A program made the translations under genes and the position numbers. Below are positions 38,331 through 48,025 of a stretch of DNA of 64,000 nt, piece by piece. Within the stretch, counting starts at the first letter, position 1, and each line of letters starts with the position of its first letter. Source of the stretch: Candidatus Omnitrophota bacterium. GTDB lineage: Bacteria; Omnitrophota; Omnitrophia; Omnitrophales; Omnitrophaceae. Below the pieces are notes generated by a model, which worked only from the letters and a program-made list of their open reading frames with translations, made no database searches and had not been told where the DNA came from. The stretch is taken from NCBI GenBank assembly GCA_029561555.1, contig JAKQXH010000095.1, forward strand, positions 10,124 to 74,123, given 5' to 3'.

Positions 38331-38450
38331 AGTTCATTGTTCTTAGCTCTTTGCTTTTAGTTCTTTGTTCTTTGCTTTTAACTTTCAATTTTCAGTCTTT
38401 AGTCTGTTGTCTTTGGTCTTTGGTCTTCGGTCTGTTGTCTGTGGTCTGTA
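38331..38450. repeat. Heptamer array (TKGTCTK x8 = complement of RAAGACY) preceded by GTTCTTT-type repeats
   Basis: 38393-38448 reads cagtctt tagtctg ttgtctt tggtctt tggtctt cggtctg ttgtctg tggtctg. It overlaps the last 17 codons and the stop of dsbD. Confidence 0.75.
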
Positions 38451-40621
38451 TTTCCCAGCGCTTTCAACACTATTCCCGGCGTAATCAGTTCAGGCAAAAT
38501 GACCGGAGCGTTTTCTTTCCCTTGCCCGTAGAAGACATACAGCGGGACGCTGTCTCTGCCGTATCCCGCCAAAGCCCCCGTGATGTTTTCATCATGACGG
38601 GTCCAATCCGCTTTCAATGCCGTAATCCCGAGTTCTTTCATCCTCCTCGCAATACGCCGGTCGCTTAAAACCAAACGTTCGTTTACCTGACAGGTCAGGC
38701 ACCAAGCCGCCGTAAAATCGATAAAGACAGGCTTCCCCTCGGCTCGCAAAGCATCAAGCCGTTCTTTTGAAAAAGGCTCCCATTGAATTTTCCCTCCGGA
38801 TGCTTCTTCTTGCCCGCGTTTTAAATCCTGAGCCTGAAAATCCCGCCCCGAAAACGCCAGCGCGAGTCCCGCCAAAATAAAAACCGCCGCCATAATCCGG
38901 GCCGTTATTCTCCCCCGTCTCGAATTTGTCGAAACAGCCCAGCGTCCCAGAATCCAGACCCCGGCACCCAACGCGAGAAAACCGGAACACAATACCAGCA
39001 CCGCACCCCATCCCCTCTGAACCCATAAAACCCATGCAAGCCAGAACACGGTCGCCGTCAGAAGCAGTCCCAGGAATTTCTTCAATGTAATCATCCATTT
39101 CCCCGGTTTCGGCAGGGACTTCACCAGTACGGGAGAAAAAGACAGGAGCAAATACGGAAACGACATCCCAAGCCCGAGGAATGTAAAAATTACAAACGAA
39201 ACCCGCACGGACTGCGAGAGGGCGAACCCCAAAGCCGAACCCATGAACGGCGCCGTGCACGGAGTCGCGACCACCGTCGCCAAAACACCGCTCAGGAACG
39301 AATGCGCCGGCCCGGAAGTCCTCTCCAGTATTCCCCCCGCGGCCGAAAGCGAAGTCCCGATTTCAAAAACGCCGAACAAATTGAGCGCGAACAGAAAAAA
39401 CAGGCAGGCGAGAAAAATCACGAAGCCCGAAGACTGCAGTTGGAACCCCCAGCCGATCTGTTCCCCGCCGGCCCGGAGCAGAATCAAAATTCCCGCGAGG
39501 AGCCAGAATGACGCCAGTACTCCCGCCGTAAAAATCAGCCCGTGCGTCCGGATTTTCCGGCGGTCCCGGCCGGCCTGCTCCGCAAAATTGAGAATTTTCA
39601 GCGAAAGCACCGGAAAAACACAGGGCATCAAATTGAGAATCACCCCCCCGAGAAAGGCAAACAGTACCGCCAATCGAAACGACAGCGGTTTCTTCATCGA
39701 CGCGGATCCCCGGATCGTTTTTCCGGGCCGGGCCGGGGCGGGTTTTTCGATCGGCACGTCAATCCTCAGCACTTCCCCCGAAAAATCACCGTTCCACCCC
39801 GTTTTAGAAATCAGAATCCCCTGAAGTCTTCGCGGGAATTCTTCCGCGACGGGAGATTTCTTCAGGTAGAGCCGGTATCCGTTCCGTGTTTTCTTCAGGC
39901 GCTGTTTGGCGGAATGATCGATCATCGCCGGCCTCTCGGGAAAAAATTCCAGGTCCTGAAGTTCCCGGCAGCTCGGCGAAAGAGGCCTGAGACGCATCGC
40001 AAAATCACGGTCCAAATCCACCGCCCGGATTTCCCACCGGGTGGTCTGAAACGGCATCTTCCCCCGGACCTTCGCGAAATTCTCCGCCCACCGTTCGTCC
40101 ATCTCCGGGATTTCATCCGAGACCGGCAGTTCCAGCGAAAGTTCCGCCTTTCCGGGAACGCAAATCTCCCGGCAGGCCAGCCATTTCGCCTCCGCTTGGA
40201 TTGTCTGGCGCGAACCCGCCGGAACGGAATCGGGGACCTTGATTTCAGCCAAAAGATAAATTTCCCCCCGGTATCCGTAAGTCGTCAGCGGCCCCTCCAC
40301 GATCTTTTCCGGAAGCGGCCATTGAATTTCCTCCGCCCGAAACCCCTGCGGGAGAATCCACTCGACGGAAGTCGAAAGCCCGGAATCCCCGGGATTCTTC
40401 CAATACGTATGCCACCCCTCGTTCATCCGGAGGCGGAGAGCCGCCCAAAACGCGCTGCCGGGCCGGATCGACCGGACTTCAGAAATCAGCTCCGCCTTCA
40501 CATGAGAATCTCCCGCGGGCACCGCCAAAACATGCGGCACGCCCCAGGCCCATAAAAAGCCCGTCAGGACAAGCATTCCGGCTCCCGAAACGGCCGCGGA
40601 ACGCGTTCTAATCCGCTTCAT
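38399..40621 (-). CDS. dsbD: Thiol:disulfide interchange protein DsbD (N-terminal DsbD-alpha, CcdA-type membrane core, C-terminal thioredoxin)
   Basis: ORF track 38399..40645. The likely start is ATG 40621 (MKRIRTRSAAVSGAGMLVLTGFLWAWG). Motifs: WLACREICVPG, LMPCVFPVLSLK, ATPCTAPFMG, FTAAWCLTCQVNE. Confidence 0.9.
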   Translation of the reverse strand: MKRIRTRSAAVSGAGMLVLTGFLWAWGVPHVLAVPAGDSHVKAELISEVRSIRPGSAFWAALRLRMNEGWHTYWKNPGDSGLSTSVEWILPQGFRAEEIQWPLPEKIVEGPLTTYGYRGEIYLLAEIKVPDSVPAGSRQTIQAEAKWLACREICVPGKAELSLELPVSDEIPEMDERWAENFAKVRGKMPFQTTRWEIRAVDLDRDFAMRLRPLSPSCRELQDLEFFPERPAMIDHSAKQRLKKTRNGYRLYLKKSPVAEEFPRRLQGILISKTGWNGDFSGEVLRIDVPIEKPAPARPGKTIRGSASMKKPLSFRLAVLFAFLGGVILNLMPCVFPVLSLKILNFAEQAGRDRRKIRTHGLIFTAGVLASFWLLAGILILLRAGGEQIGWGFQLQSSGFVIFLACLFFLFALNLFGVFEIGTSLSAAGGILERTSGPAHSFLSGVLATVVATPCTAPFMGSALGFALSQSVRVSFVIFTFLGLGMSFPYLLLSFSPVLVKSLPKPGKWMITLKKFLGLLLTATVFWLAWVLWVQRGWGAVLVLCSGFLALGAGVWILGRWAVSTNSRRGRITARIMAAVFILAGLALAFSGRDFQAQDLKRGQEEASGGKIQWEPFSKERLDALRAEGKPVFIDFTAAWCLTCQVNERLVLSDRRIARRMKELGITALKADWTRHDENITGALAGYGRDSVPLYVFYGQGKENAPVILPELITPGIVLKALGNTDHRQQTEDQRPKTTD

Positions 40622-41783
40622 CGGTATCCTCACTGAATCTGACATACGTTTCCTTCAGCACATTCTGCGTGAGCATTGCGATAAACTTTCCGGGCTCCTC
40701 CAAATGCGGCCAGTGCCCCGAATGTTCAAACCAGAAAAAATCCTTTTTGGGCGCGCGGAGAGCCTGGAAATACCGGTACGCGATTTCCGAAGGCGCCTCA
40801 AAATCATATTTCCCCTCAAAAAAATACGCGGGCACTCCGATCCTCGGAATTTCGTCAAACAAATCGGTTGTCCGGATATTATCCCACAAACGCCTGAAAG
40901 AGAAATAGCCTCCCGTAAAAAATTTCCAAAAATCGGCCAGCGAATAGTAAGGCGAAGGAAATCCGATCTCGACCAGCTCCAGAGCGCCGGGACACCGGTG
41001 AAATCCCCCGCCCAAAACCTCGACCCACTTCGCCAGTGTCAGAGATTTCCCCGGATCCCCGTAAGGCGGCGGTCCGATTTTCTCAAGCTCATGGGAAGCG
41101 ATTCCGTTCCCGGTCTTCCGGGCCTGCTCCAAGGCGTATTCATAGGAAATCTTCTCTCCCCCCCGGAAATCCGCCACCTGCCCGATCCCGAGGAAAGCGT
41201 AGACCAATTCCGGATCGCGCGCCGCCGCCCTCATCCCGATCACCGATCCCCATGAGTGCCCCGCAAGGTAAACTTTCGGCGTCCCGAACCGCGTGCGCAA
41301 AAAACGAATCACCTCCCCCGTATCGGAAACCAGCCGCTCCATCGTCACAGAATCCTCCGGGATCCCGCCCCCGCTTGATTTTCCCGAGCCTCGTTCGTCC
41401 CAATACGCCACGATAAAGTATTTTTCAAGCTCGGTCAGCGCATGCGCAAAAGGCATCATCGGAAGTCCCGGTCCGCCGTGCAGAAAAAGCAAAACCGGTT
41501 TGCTCCGCCGTTGTCCCCGTAGGAGGACCCATTGATTAACGCCTCCGATTTCCACTTCTTCGAGAGAATCGACTCCCTTAATCGACGACGGAAGCGTCTC
41601 CTGCCGGATCTGATAACGGAGATACGCCCGGCAGAGCAGGATGAGAAGCGCACCGGCCGTAAAAATCATCAGGCCGGAGGCCAAAATATTCCGCCATTTT
41701 TTCCAAGACGCCGGCCTCGTCTTCTTTGCCACGGGTTTCGTTTCTTTTCTCATAAATATTTTTTCATTCCGCTCCGGTTTCAA
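40608..41783 (-). CDS. Alpha/beta hydrolase (proline-iminopeptidase-like), membrane-anchored
   Basis: 391 aa. N-terminal TM LMIFTAGALLILL. LLFLHGGPG oxyanion motif and nucleophile elbow GHSWGS. Confidence 0.8.
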   Translation of the reverse strand: MKPERNEKIFMRKETKPVAKKTRPASWKKWRNILASGLMIFTAGALLILLCRAYLRYQIRQETLPSSIKGVDSLEEVEIGGVNQWVLLRGQRRSKPVLLFLHGGPGLPMMPFAHALTELEKYFIVAYWDERGSGKSSGGGIPEDSVTMERLVSDTGEVIRFLRTRFGTPKVYLAGHSWGSVIGMRAAARDPELVYAFLGIGQVADFRGGEKISYEYALEQARKTGNGIASHELEKIGPPPYGDPGKSLTLAKWVEVLGGGFHRCPGALELVEIGFPSPYYSLADFWKFFTGGYFSFRRLWDNIRTTDLFDEIPRIGVPAYFFEGKYDFEAPSEIAYRYFQALRAPKKDFFWFEHSGHWPHLEEPGKFIAMLTQNVLKETYVRFSEDTDEAD

Positions 41784-41937
41784 GGTCTTGCAATCCTTTA
41801 CAGGGCATTAGTTTAGCACAATCCGTCATTTGCGAGTCATTTTGAAGAAGGTAGCGGGAAAAATTTTCTCGGTAAAATCGCCGAAATAAATCGTATTTCA
41901 CAAGAAAAAATTCGGGCCGGGGATTTGTTCCACTCCG

Positions 41938-44061
41938 CTATTCGGCGTTCAGCATTTCAGAAAGGGAATTTTCGCGAGCCAAAACCTCGGGAATTTCTCC
42001 GGCGGGCACGGGGCGGCCGAACAAAAATCCCTGGACTTCGTCGCATTGCAGCGAGCGTAAAAACATCAGCTGATCCCTGCTTTCGACCCCTTCGGCAATG
42101 ACCTGCAAACGGAGGCTTTGCGCCATCGCAATAATCGTGGTCGTAATCGCGGAATTTTCCGAATCATCCGGGAGCCCCGCTACAAAAGAACAATCTATTT
42201 TCAACGCACTGATGGGAAAGCGTTTCAGGGAAACAAGCGAAGAATAACCGGTCCCGAAGTCATCGATAAGGATGTGAACTCCCAATTCATGCAGATCTTT
42301 CAATGTCTTCAGCGTCGAATGGTGATTGCTCATGGCAATGCTTTCCGTGATTTCGATATTGAGGGTCTCCGGCGACCTTGCGGTTTCTTTCAGTGTTTTT
42401 TTGATAGAGGGAACAAGTCCCTTGAATTGGAACTGAACCGCCGAAAAATTCACGGCAAGAGAAAAAAGGGCGGTCCCGCCCGGAAGCTTCCAATTCCGGC
42501 TCTCTTCGCAAGCCGTTTTCAGAATGAACTCACCCAACGGAACGATCAGGCCCGTTTCTTCCGCCACGGAAATAAATTCGGAAGGAGCAATCAACCCCCT
42601 CTCGGGATGCTGCCAACGCACCAAGCACTCAAAACCCGTTATCTTTCCCGAACAGAGAGAAACGACCGGCTGATAGTATACCCGCAGCTCCCGCCTTTCC
42701 AACGCGCGGCGAAGATCAGCTTCGAGTTTCTGCAACCCCACGGCATGAGTATGCATGTCCACGTCAAAAATCTCATACCGTCCCTTGCCGAGCGCTTTGG
42801 CCCGGTACATGGCAATTTCCGCGTTTCGGAGAATTTCCTCCGTGTTGCGGTTTGTTTCCGTGCTGAACGCAATTCCGATACTCGCCGCGGTAACCACTTC
42901 TTCACCGCTCAAATGAAAAGGGGCCTCCAGTTTTTTCTGAATAAAATTGGTGAACCGCAAAGTCTCCCCCATTCCCCGGATATCGTCCTTCAAAATTGCG
43001 AAATCATCTCCCCCCAGATGAGCCATCGTGTCACCGGGCCCCAAATATTCGGAAAGCCTTTGCGCCACCCCGATCAAAAGCTGATCCCCCGCCAAATGCC
43101 CCAAGCTGTCGTTCAATAATTTGAAGCGGTCGAGATCCAGTAAAAGTACCGCGAATTTAAAATAAGAGTCCCGTTTTGCCCTCGCGGCCGAACGCTCCAG
43201 GCGATCCATAAAAAGGGCCCGGTTCGGAAGCCCGGTGAGAGCATCGTAAAACGCATTGTGAAGCAGCTGTTCCTCCGCGCGTTTTCGTTCGGTAATATCG
43301 CTTTGGGAACCGACCATCCGGTAAATTTTCCCCGTATCATCCCGCACGGCGATTCCCCGGCTCAAGACCCATCGATAAGTTCCGTCCTTGTGAGCGATAC
43401 GGTGCTCATTCGCAAGATGCGAAGCCAGTCCTTCGAAATGAAGCGCAATATCCGATTTTAAATATTCGACATCTTCGGAATGAACGCGTCGAAACCATTC
43501 GTCCTCATCTTTACCGATCTCATTCTCCGCATATCCCAGCATCGATTTCCAGCGCGGGGAAAAATAAATCTCATTAGTCCGGAGATCCCAGTCCCAAAGA
43601 CCGTCATTGCTGGCACAACAGGCAAGGGCATAGCGTTCTTCGCTCAGGCGAAGCGCTTCTTCGGCATGTTTCTTCTCCTCATAAACCCGTTTCTTATCCA
43701 AAGCACTCCGCACGGCAACGCCGATGCGGGTCAACCGCTCCTTCAGGAGATAATCGTCGGCACCGGCCTTAATGCAGCTGGCGGCCGTTTCCTCGTTAAT
43801 GGAACCGGTGACGATGATAAAGGGAATTTTTAAGCCCAGTTCCTGCACAATCCGGAGCGCCCGCATCCCGTCAAAAGCCGGAAGGTTGTAATCTGAGAGA
43901 ATAATGTCAGGGGAAAAATCACAAAGCGCTTCGCGGAAAGCGCCTTCGGCCTGCACACAGCGGAAAGAAAAAACGATTCCGGCCTTCCGGAGTTCACGTT
44001 CCATCAGCTCGGCGTCCGCCGGCACGTCTTCAACGATCAAGATCCGGAGTTCCCGTTCCAT
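41938..44061 (-). CDS. Response regulator with REC-PAS-GGDEF-EAL domains
   Basis: ORF track 41938..44160. The likely start is ATG 44061 (MERELRILIVEDVPADAEL). REC (DYNLPAFDG), PAS, GGDEF region with HLGGDDFAIL, EAL region with ECLVRW, DDFGTGYSSL, IAEGVES. Confidence 0.85.
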   Translation of the reverse strand: MERELRILIVEDVPADAELMERELRKAGIVFSFRCVQAEGAFREALCDFSPDIILSDYNLPAFDGMRALRIVQELGLKIPFIIVTGSINEETAASCIKAGADDYLLKERLTRIGVAVRSALDKKRVYEEKKHAEEALRLSEERYALACCASNDGLWDWDLRTNEIYFSPRWKSMLGYAENEIGKDEDEWFRRVHSEDVEYLKSDIALHFEGLASHLANEHRIAHKDGTYRWVLSRGIAVRDDTGKIYRMVGSQSDITERKRAEEQLLHNAFYDALTGLPNRALFMDRLERSAARAKRDSYFKFAVLLLDLDRFKLLNDSLGHLAGDQLLIGVAQRLSEYLGPGDTMAHLGGDDFAILKDDIRGMGETLRFTNFIQKKLEAPFHLSGEEVVTAASIGIAFSTETNRNTEEILRNAEIAMYRAKALGKGRYEIFDVDMHTHAVGLQKLEADLRRALERRELRVYYQPVVSLCSGKITGFECLVRWQHPERGLIAPSEFISVAEETGLIVPLGEFILKTACEESRNWKLPGGTALFSLAVNFSAVQFQFKGLVPSIKKTLKETARSPETLNIEITESIAMSNHHSTLKTLKDLHELGVHILIDDFGTGYSSLVSLKRFPISALKIDCSFVAGLPDDSENSAITTTIIAMAQSLRLQVIAEGVESRDQLMFLRSLQCDEVQGFLFGRPVPAGEIPEVLARENSLSEMLNAE

Positions 44062-44503
44062 GCGAATCCTGTCTGGGTGGACGGTTGATGAAAAACCAGT
44101 AAAGGCCGACGTCGCAAATCGCCCCAAAAAACTTGTCGTAATCGACGGGTTTGACGACATAGCTGTTGGCCCCCAGGCGATAACTTTCGACGATGTCCCG
44201 GTCTTCTTCCGAAGACGTCAAAACCACGACCGGGATTTCTTTCAGCCACGCGTCCGCCTTAATTTTGGCAAGCAACTCCAGCCCGCTTACTTTCGGGAGT
44301 TTCAGGTCCAGAAAAATCACTTTCAATTTCGAAAAAAAACCGGGCACCTGGGACTTCCCGGCCCCGAATAAAAAGTCCGCCGCTTCGGCACCGTCCTTCA
44401 GAACATGAAAAACCGCGGAAAGGTTCCTTTTCCTGAAGGCCCTCAAGATCAGTTCCGCATCGTTCGGGTTGTCTTCGATCAGCAGAATTTCAACCGGTTC
44501 CAT
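44030..44503 (-). CDS. Single-domain response regulator (CheY-like)
   Basis: ORF track 44030..44704. Start trimmed to ATG 44503, with AAGGAGG upstream, one base after the HK stop at 44505-44507. MEPVEILLIEDNPNDAELI...IFLDLKLPKVSG...VVVLTSS...VVKP. Confidence 0.85.
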   Translation of the reverse strand: MEPVEILLIEDNPNDAELILRAFRKRNLSAVFHVLKDGAEAADFLFGAGKSQVPGFFSKLKVIFLDLKLPKVSGLELLAKIKADAWLKEIPVVVLTSSEEDRDIVESYRLGANSYVVKPVDYDKFFGAICDVGLYWFFINRPPRQDSHGTGTPDLDR

Positions 44504-44504
44504 C

Positions 44505-47500
44505 TCAGCCTCCTTCTCCCTTGCCGGGAATGGAAAAATAAAATACGGCGCCGCCGCCCACCGATCCTTCGCCCCATGTTTTCCCCCCGTGGCGATAAAC
44601 AATCCGGTGGACGATCGCAAGCCCGACTCCCGAGCCTTCAAATTCCGAAGGCCCGTGAAGCCGCTGAAAAACCTTGAACAACTTTGAAGAATACTGCATG
44701 TCAAACCCCACGCCGTTGTCCTTCACAAAATAGACGTTCATTTCATTTTCACTCTGCGCACCGATTTCGATCTTTGCCTGTTCGCTTACGCGGGTAAATT
44801 TCGCGGCATTCGAAAGCAAATTCGCCCAAACCTGTTGAATCAGACCCGGATCTCCAACGCAGGGAGGCAAATCCCCGACGACCCATTCAAACACGCGGCC
44901 GGGAGATTCTTTTTCAACTTCCTTAATCACGGTCTCAACCAATTTCCGCATATCAACCGTCGTGCGGCTTATCTCATGCCTCCCGATCCGGGAAAGCGCG
45001 AGCAAATCGTCGATCAATTTCCCCATGTTGCTCGCGTTTGAACTGATCAGGTTCAGGAACCTTTGCGCTTCCGGCTCAAGCTTCGGGCCAAAATCCTCTA
45101 AAAGCGCGTTCGCAAACCCGTTGATCGCACGCAACGGAGACCGGAGGTCATGCGACACGGAATATGTGAACGCCTCGAGCTCCTTGACCGCGTCTTCCAG
45201 CTGGGCCGTTCTTAATGCCACTCCGCGTTCAAGTTTCCGATTTAAATCCCGCATCGCCTGTTCCAGCTGCTTCCGTTCAGTAATGTCCCGGGCGGAAGCC
45301 ACAATCAGCTGCTCCTCGGCAAGCGGGTAAGTATTCCAGGAAATCCATTTAAAAGAGCCGTCCCGGCACCGGTAACGGTTTTGGAAATCAAAAACGGTCC
45401 CGCCCGCCGCAAGTTTTTCTCCCGCTCTTATCGTCGCCGGCCGGTCTTCCGGATGGACAAACTCCAAGTAAGGCTTGGCCAAAAGTTCCTCGGTCCGCCA
45501 TCCCAATACTTTCTCCCATGCGGGATTCAGCTGCTTGAAAAAACCGTCAAATCCGGCAATCGCAATCATATCCAGCGAAAGGCTGAAAAACAGATCCCGT
45601 TCTTCTTCGGCCCTCTTTTTAGCGGTGACGTCATCGTAAATCGAGACAATGTCGCCGTTCGGCAGTTTATAAACATAATTTTCCCTCCAGCCGGAGACAC
45701 GGTTATCCTTATAAAATTGAATCGGGAGATTTTCCGGAACTCCCGAGCGCCAAACCCGTTGAAAAACCTCAAACAATCCGAAGTTCCTCACACCGGGGAA
45801 AACTTTCAAAACCGATTTCCCGATCACCTCTTCCCTTTTTATCCGGTCGCTTTTCTCGGCGCTTGCGTTGAAATCCTTAAAAATAAAGTCTTCCCCATTT
45901 TCCGCCGCCTCGTATACGGCGACACAATTCGACATATGGTCAAACATCTGCCGGAACCGTTCTTCGCTTTCACTCAAAACTTCCTCCGCTCGTTTGCGAT
46001 CCGTGATATCAATCTCTACCCCGTCCCAGCCGGTTGTCCCGTCTGCCAGCCTCCTCGGACTCGAAGCAAAATAAGACCATCTAATCTTGCCTGAAGGATC
46101 GATAATTCTCGCTTCGGTTTTAAAAACGGAAAAATTCCGATAAGCCGCTTCTTCCTCTTCAAACACCCGCCGGCGGTCTTCTTCATGAACTCTGTCATAA
46201 ATCAACTCCGGATTTCGCATCCCTTCCTCCGGAGTAATGCCATAGAAAAATTTAACCGTATTGCTCAAATAAGTGAACCGCCTAGTCCCATCACAGGACC
46301 TTACGATCTGATAGATCATACTCGCCGGCAAATTGTTGCTGATGGTGCGAAGCTGCTCCTCTCTCTCCCGCAAATCCCTTTCGGCCTTCTTGCGATCAGT
46401 AATGTCGGTCAGCATAGCAAAAGAACCGTCGAAGTTATTTCCCGAATCAAGCAAAGCCGACGCGGAAACAAGGCAATGAATCCTCGTCCCGTCCTTGCGG
46501 CGAAACCGCCTCTCATAAAAACCGCTTTTCCCCTCTTTTCTCTCGTTCATTATACGTTGATGATCCGGCAACTCTTCCTCGGGCATGAAATCCGTTACGA
46601 TCCTCCCCTTCATTTCATCCCAGGAATACCCGAGGAGCTCTTCGAGGCGCCGATTCATGTACATTGTTTTAGAATCCCGGTCCATCACCCAAATCCCTTC
46701 AAGGGACGTTTCAACGATGCGGCGGTATTTTTCTTCGCTTTGCCGGAGCGCTTCTTCTATTTTCTTGATTTCCGTAATATTTTCGGCGGTTGAAAAAATG
46801 TACGGCTGCCCCTCAAGCCGCATCATGCAGGCGGAGAAAAGGAAGAGGCTGGGCTCTCCTTTTTTATTTTTCAGCCGAATTCCCCGCTTGATAATCGATT
46901 TCCCGGTTTTGAGCACTTGAATGATGCCATTCCGCTCCTCCGAATCAGGCCAAATCCCGAGATCCACGGTCGTCCGGCCGATCAGCTCCTCTCGCCTATA
47001 GCCCGACCAGTCCAAGAAAGCTTTATTTGCTTCGATCATTTCTCCGGATTTCATATCGGTGATCGCGGCGGGATTGGGGGCAAAATTGAAAGCAACCCAA
47101 AATCTTTCGCTGATTGCCTGCATCCGCTCCTCGCTACGCTTCCGCTCCGTGATATCGCGGATATGCGCGACCACTCCGGTGATTTTTCCGCGAGCGTCGC
47201 GGTGAGGCACGTAAATCGCCGAAACCCATCCGGACTTTCCCGTCCGGGGAACCTGATAGGGAATATCGGGAGAATAAACCGTCTTTCCGCGCAAAGCCTG
47301 CTCGAAAAGTTTATCAATGCCGTATTCGCTGAGATGCGGGAATAAATCCAACGCTTTCTGCCCCAAAACTTTTGAAGCCGGCATCCCCGTCAAACTTTCC
47401 ATAAACGGATTCCAGAAAATGTATCTGAGCTCGGAATCGTAAACCACAATCCCCTCACCGGCCGACGAAACAATCTCAAAATTAAATTGATCCGCCTCGC

Positions 47501-47747
47501 CTAAAGTGTTCCTGAGATCGTGATACAGCCGCGTGCTTCGCCCGAGCAGAAAGAAAAAAATGCACGCGCTTATGCCGAGAAATCCGGTGATCTCAATGAT
47601 GTGCTGCCAAGAAAACGGATGGGCATTGGGGAAAACCATTGAAAGAATCGCGTCCATCAGAAGCAAAAACCAGGAAAACGCGAGAAACAAATAGCCGGAC
47701 CCGAGCTTCGACAGTTTGAATCCCGTAAAGATTCTTTTGCGTGTCAT
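44505..47747 (-). CDS. Membrane-bound multi-PAS sensor histidine kinase
   Basis: 1080 aa. Two N-terminal TM helices and at least 6 PAS/PAC repeats (recurring ...DITERK... boundaries). HisKA FTYSVSHDLRSPLRAINGF. HATPase NLLSNAAKF, DNGVGF, GSGVGLAIV. Confidence 0.9.
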   Translation of the reverse strand: MTRKRIFTGFKLSKLGSGYLFLAFSWFLLLMDAILSMVFPNAHPFSWQHIIEITGFLGISACIFFFLLGRSTRLYHDLRNTLGEADQFNFEIVSSAGEGIVVYDSELRYIFWNPFMESLTGMPASKVLGQKALDLFPHLSEYGIDKLFEQALRGKTVYSPDIPYQVPRTGKSGWVSAIYVPHRDARGKITGVVAHIRDITERKRSEERMQAISERFWVAFNFAPNPAAITDMKSGEMIEANKAFLDWSGYRREELIGRTTVDLGIWPDSEERNGIIQVLKTGKSIIKRGIRLKNKKGEPSLFLFSACMMRLEGQPYIFSTAENITEIKKIEEALRQSEEKYRRIVETSLEGIWVMDRDSKTMYMNRRLEELLGYSWDEMKGRIVTDFMPEEELPDHQRIMNERKEGKSGFYERRFRRKDGTRIHCLVSASALLDSGNNFDGSFAMLTDITDRKKAERDLREREEQLRTISNNLPASMIYQIVRSCDGTRRFTYLSNTVKFFYGITPEEGMRNPELIYDRVHEEDRRRVFEEEEAAYRNFSVFKTEARIIDPSGKIRWSYFASSPRRLADGTTGWDGVEIDITDRKRAEEVLSESEERFRQMFDHMSNCVAVYEAAENGEDFIFKDFNASAEKSDRIKREEVIGKSVLKVFPGVRNFGLFEVFQRVWRSGVPENLPIQFYKDNRVSGWRENYVYKLPNGDIVSIYDDVTAKKRAEEERDLFFSLSLDMIAIAGFDGFFKQLNPAWEKVLGWRTEELLAKPYLEFVHPEDRPATIRAGEKLAAGGTVFDFQNRYRCRDGSFKWISWNTYPLAEEQLIVASARDITERKQLEQAMRDLNRKLERGVALRTAQLEDAVKELEAFTYSVSHDLRSPLRAINGFANALLEDFGPKLEPEAQRFLNLISSNASNMGKLIDDLLALSRIGRHEISRTTVDMRKLVETVIKEVEKESPGRVFEWVVGDLPPCVGDPGLIQQVWANLLSNAAKFTRVSEQAKIEIGAQSENEMNVYFVKDNGVGFDMQYSSKLFKVFQRLHGPSEFEGSGVGLAIVHRIVYRHGGKTWGEGSVGGGAVFYFSIPGKGEGG

Positions 47748-48025
47748 TGAGCTCTTCTCCCGGTAATTTTCCGGTCAGCTAACGGAAAAGCAATTTCCGA
47801 TGATGTGTGATATTGCAAAAAAACAAGCCGATTACCTGGCAACGGTAGTAAATCGGTATCTTGTGTTTATTTTAGGCTTTGAAAATTTCACGGTCAAACG
47901 CAAAGTATCTTCAGAACCAAAATGACGAAAGAGAATTTTTTTATTGATCTTAAATCAAATCAATGATAGTCTTCCCCTGCCTTCATTATACCCTGCGCTT
48001 CCGCTTGTATGCCACCACATGTGTT

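Noticed and set aside
22591-38450. Heptamer arrays as possible CRISPR or minisatellite loci.
   Set aside because: The period is only 7 nt, there are no spacers, and the arrays are 20-60 bp long. No cas genes are present. I treat them as REP-like or heptamer repeat families.
36349-46094. Other long antisense ORFs: 36349..37125 +, 39542..40555 +, 42118..43119 +, 45381..46094 +, 46185..46793 +.
   Set aside because: Each lies opposite a strongly supported minus-strand gene (glpD, dsbD, the GGDEF-EAL regulator, the multi-PAS kinase) and has arginine/proline-rich shadow composition.
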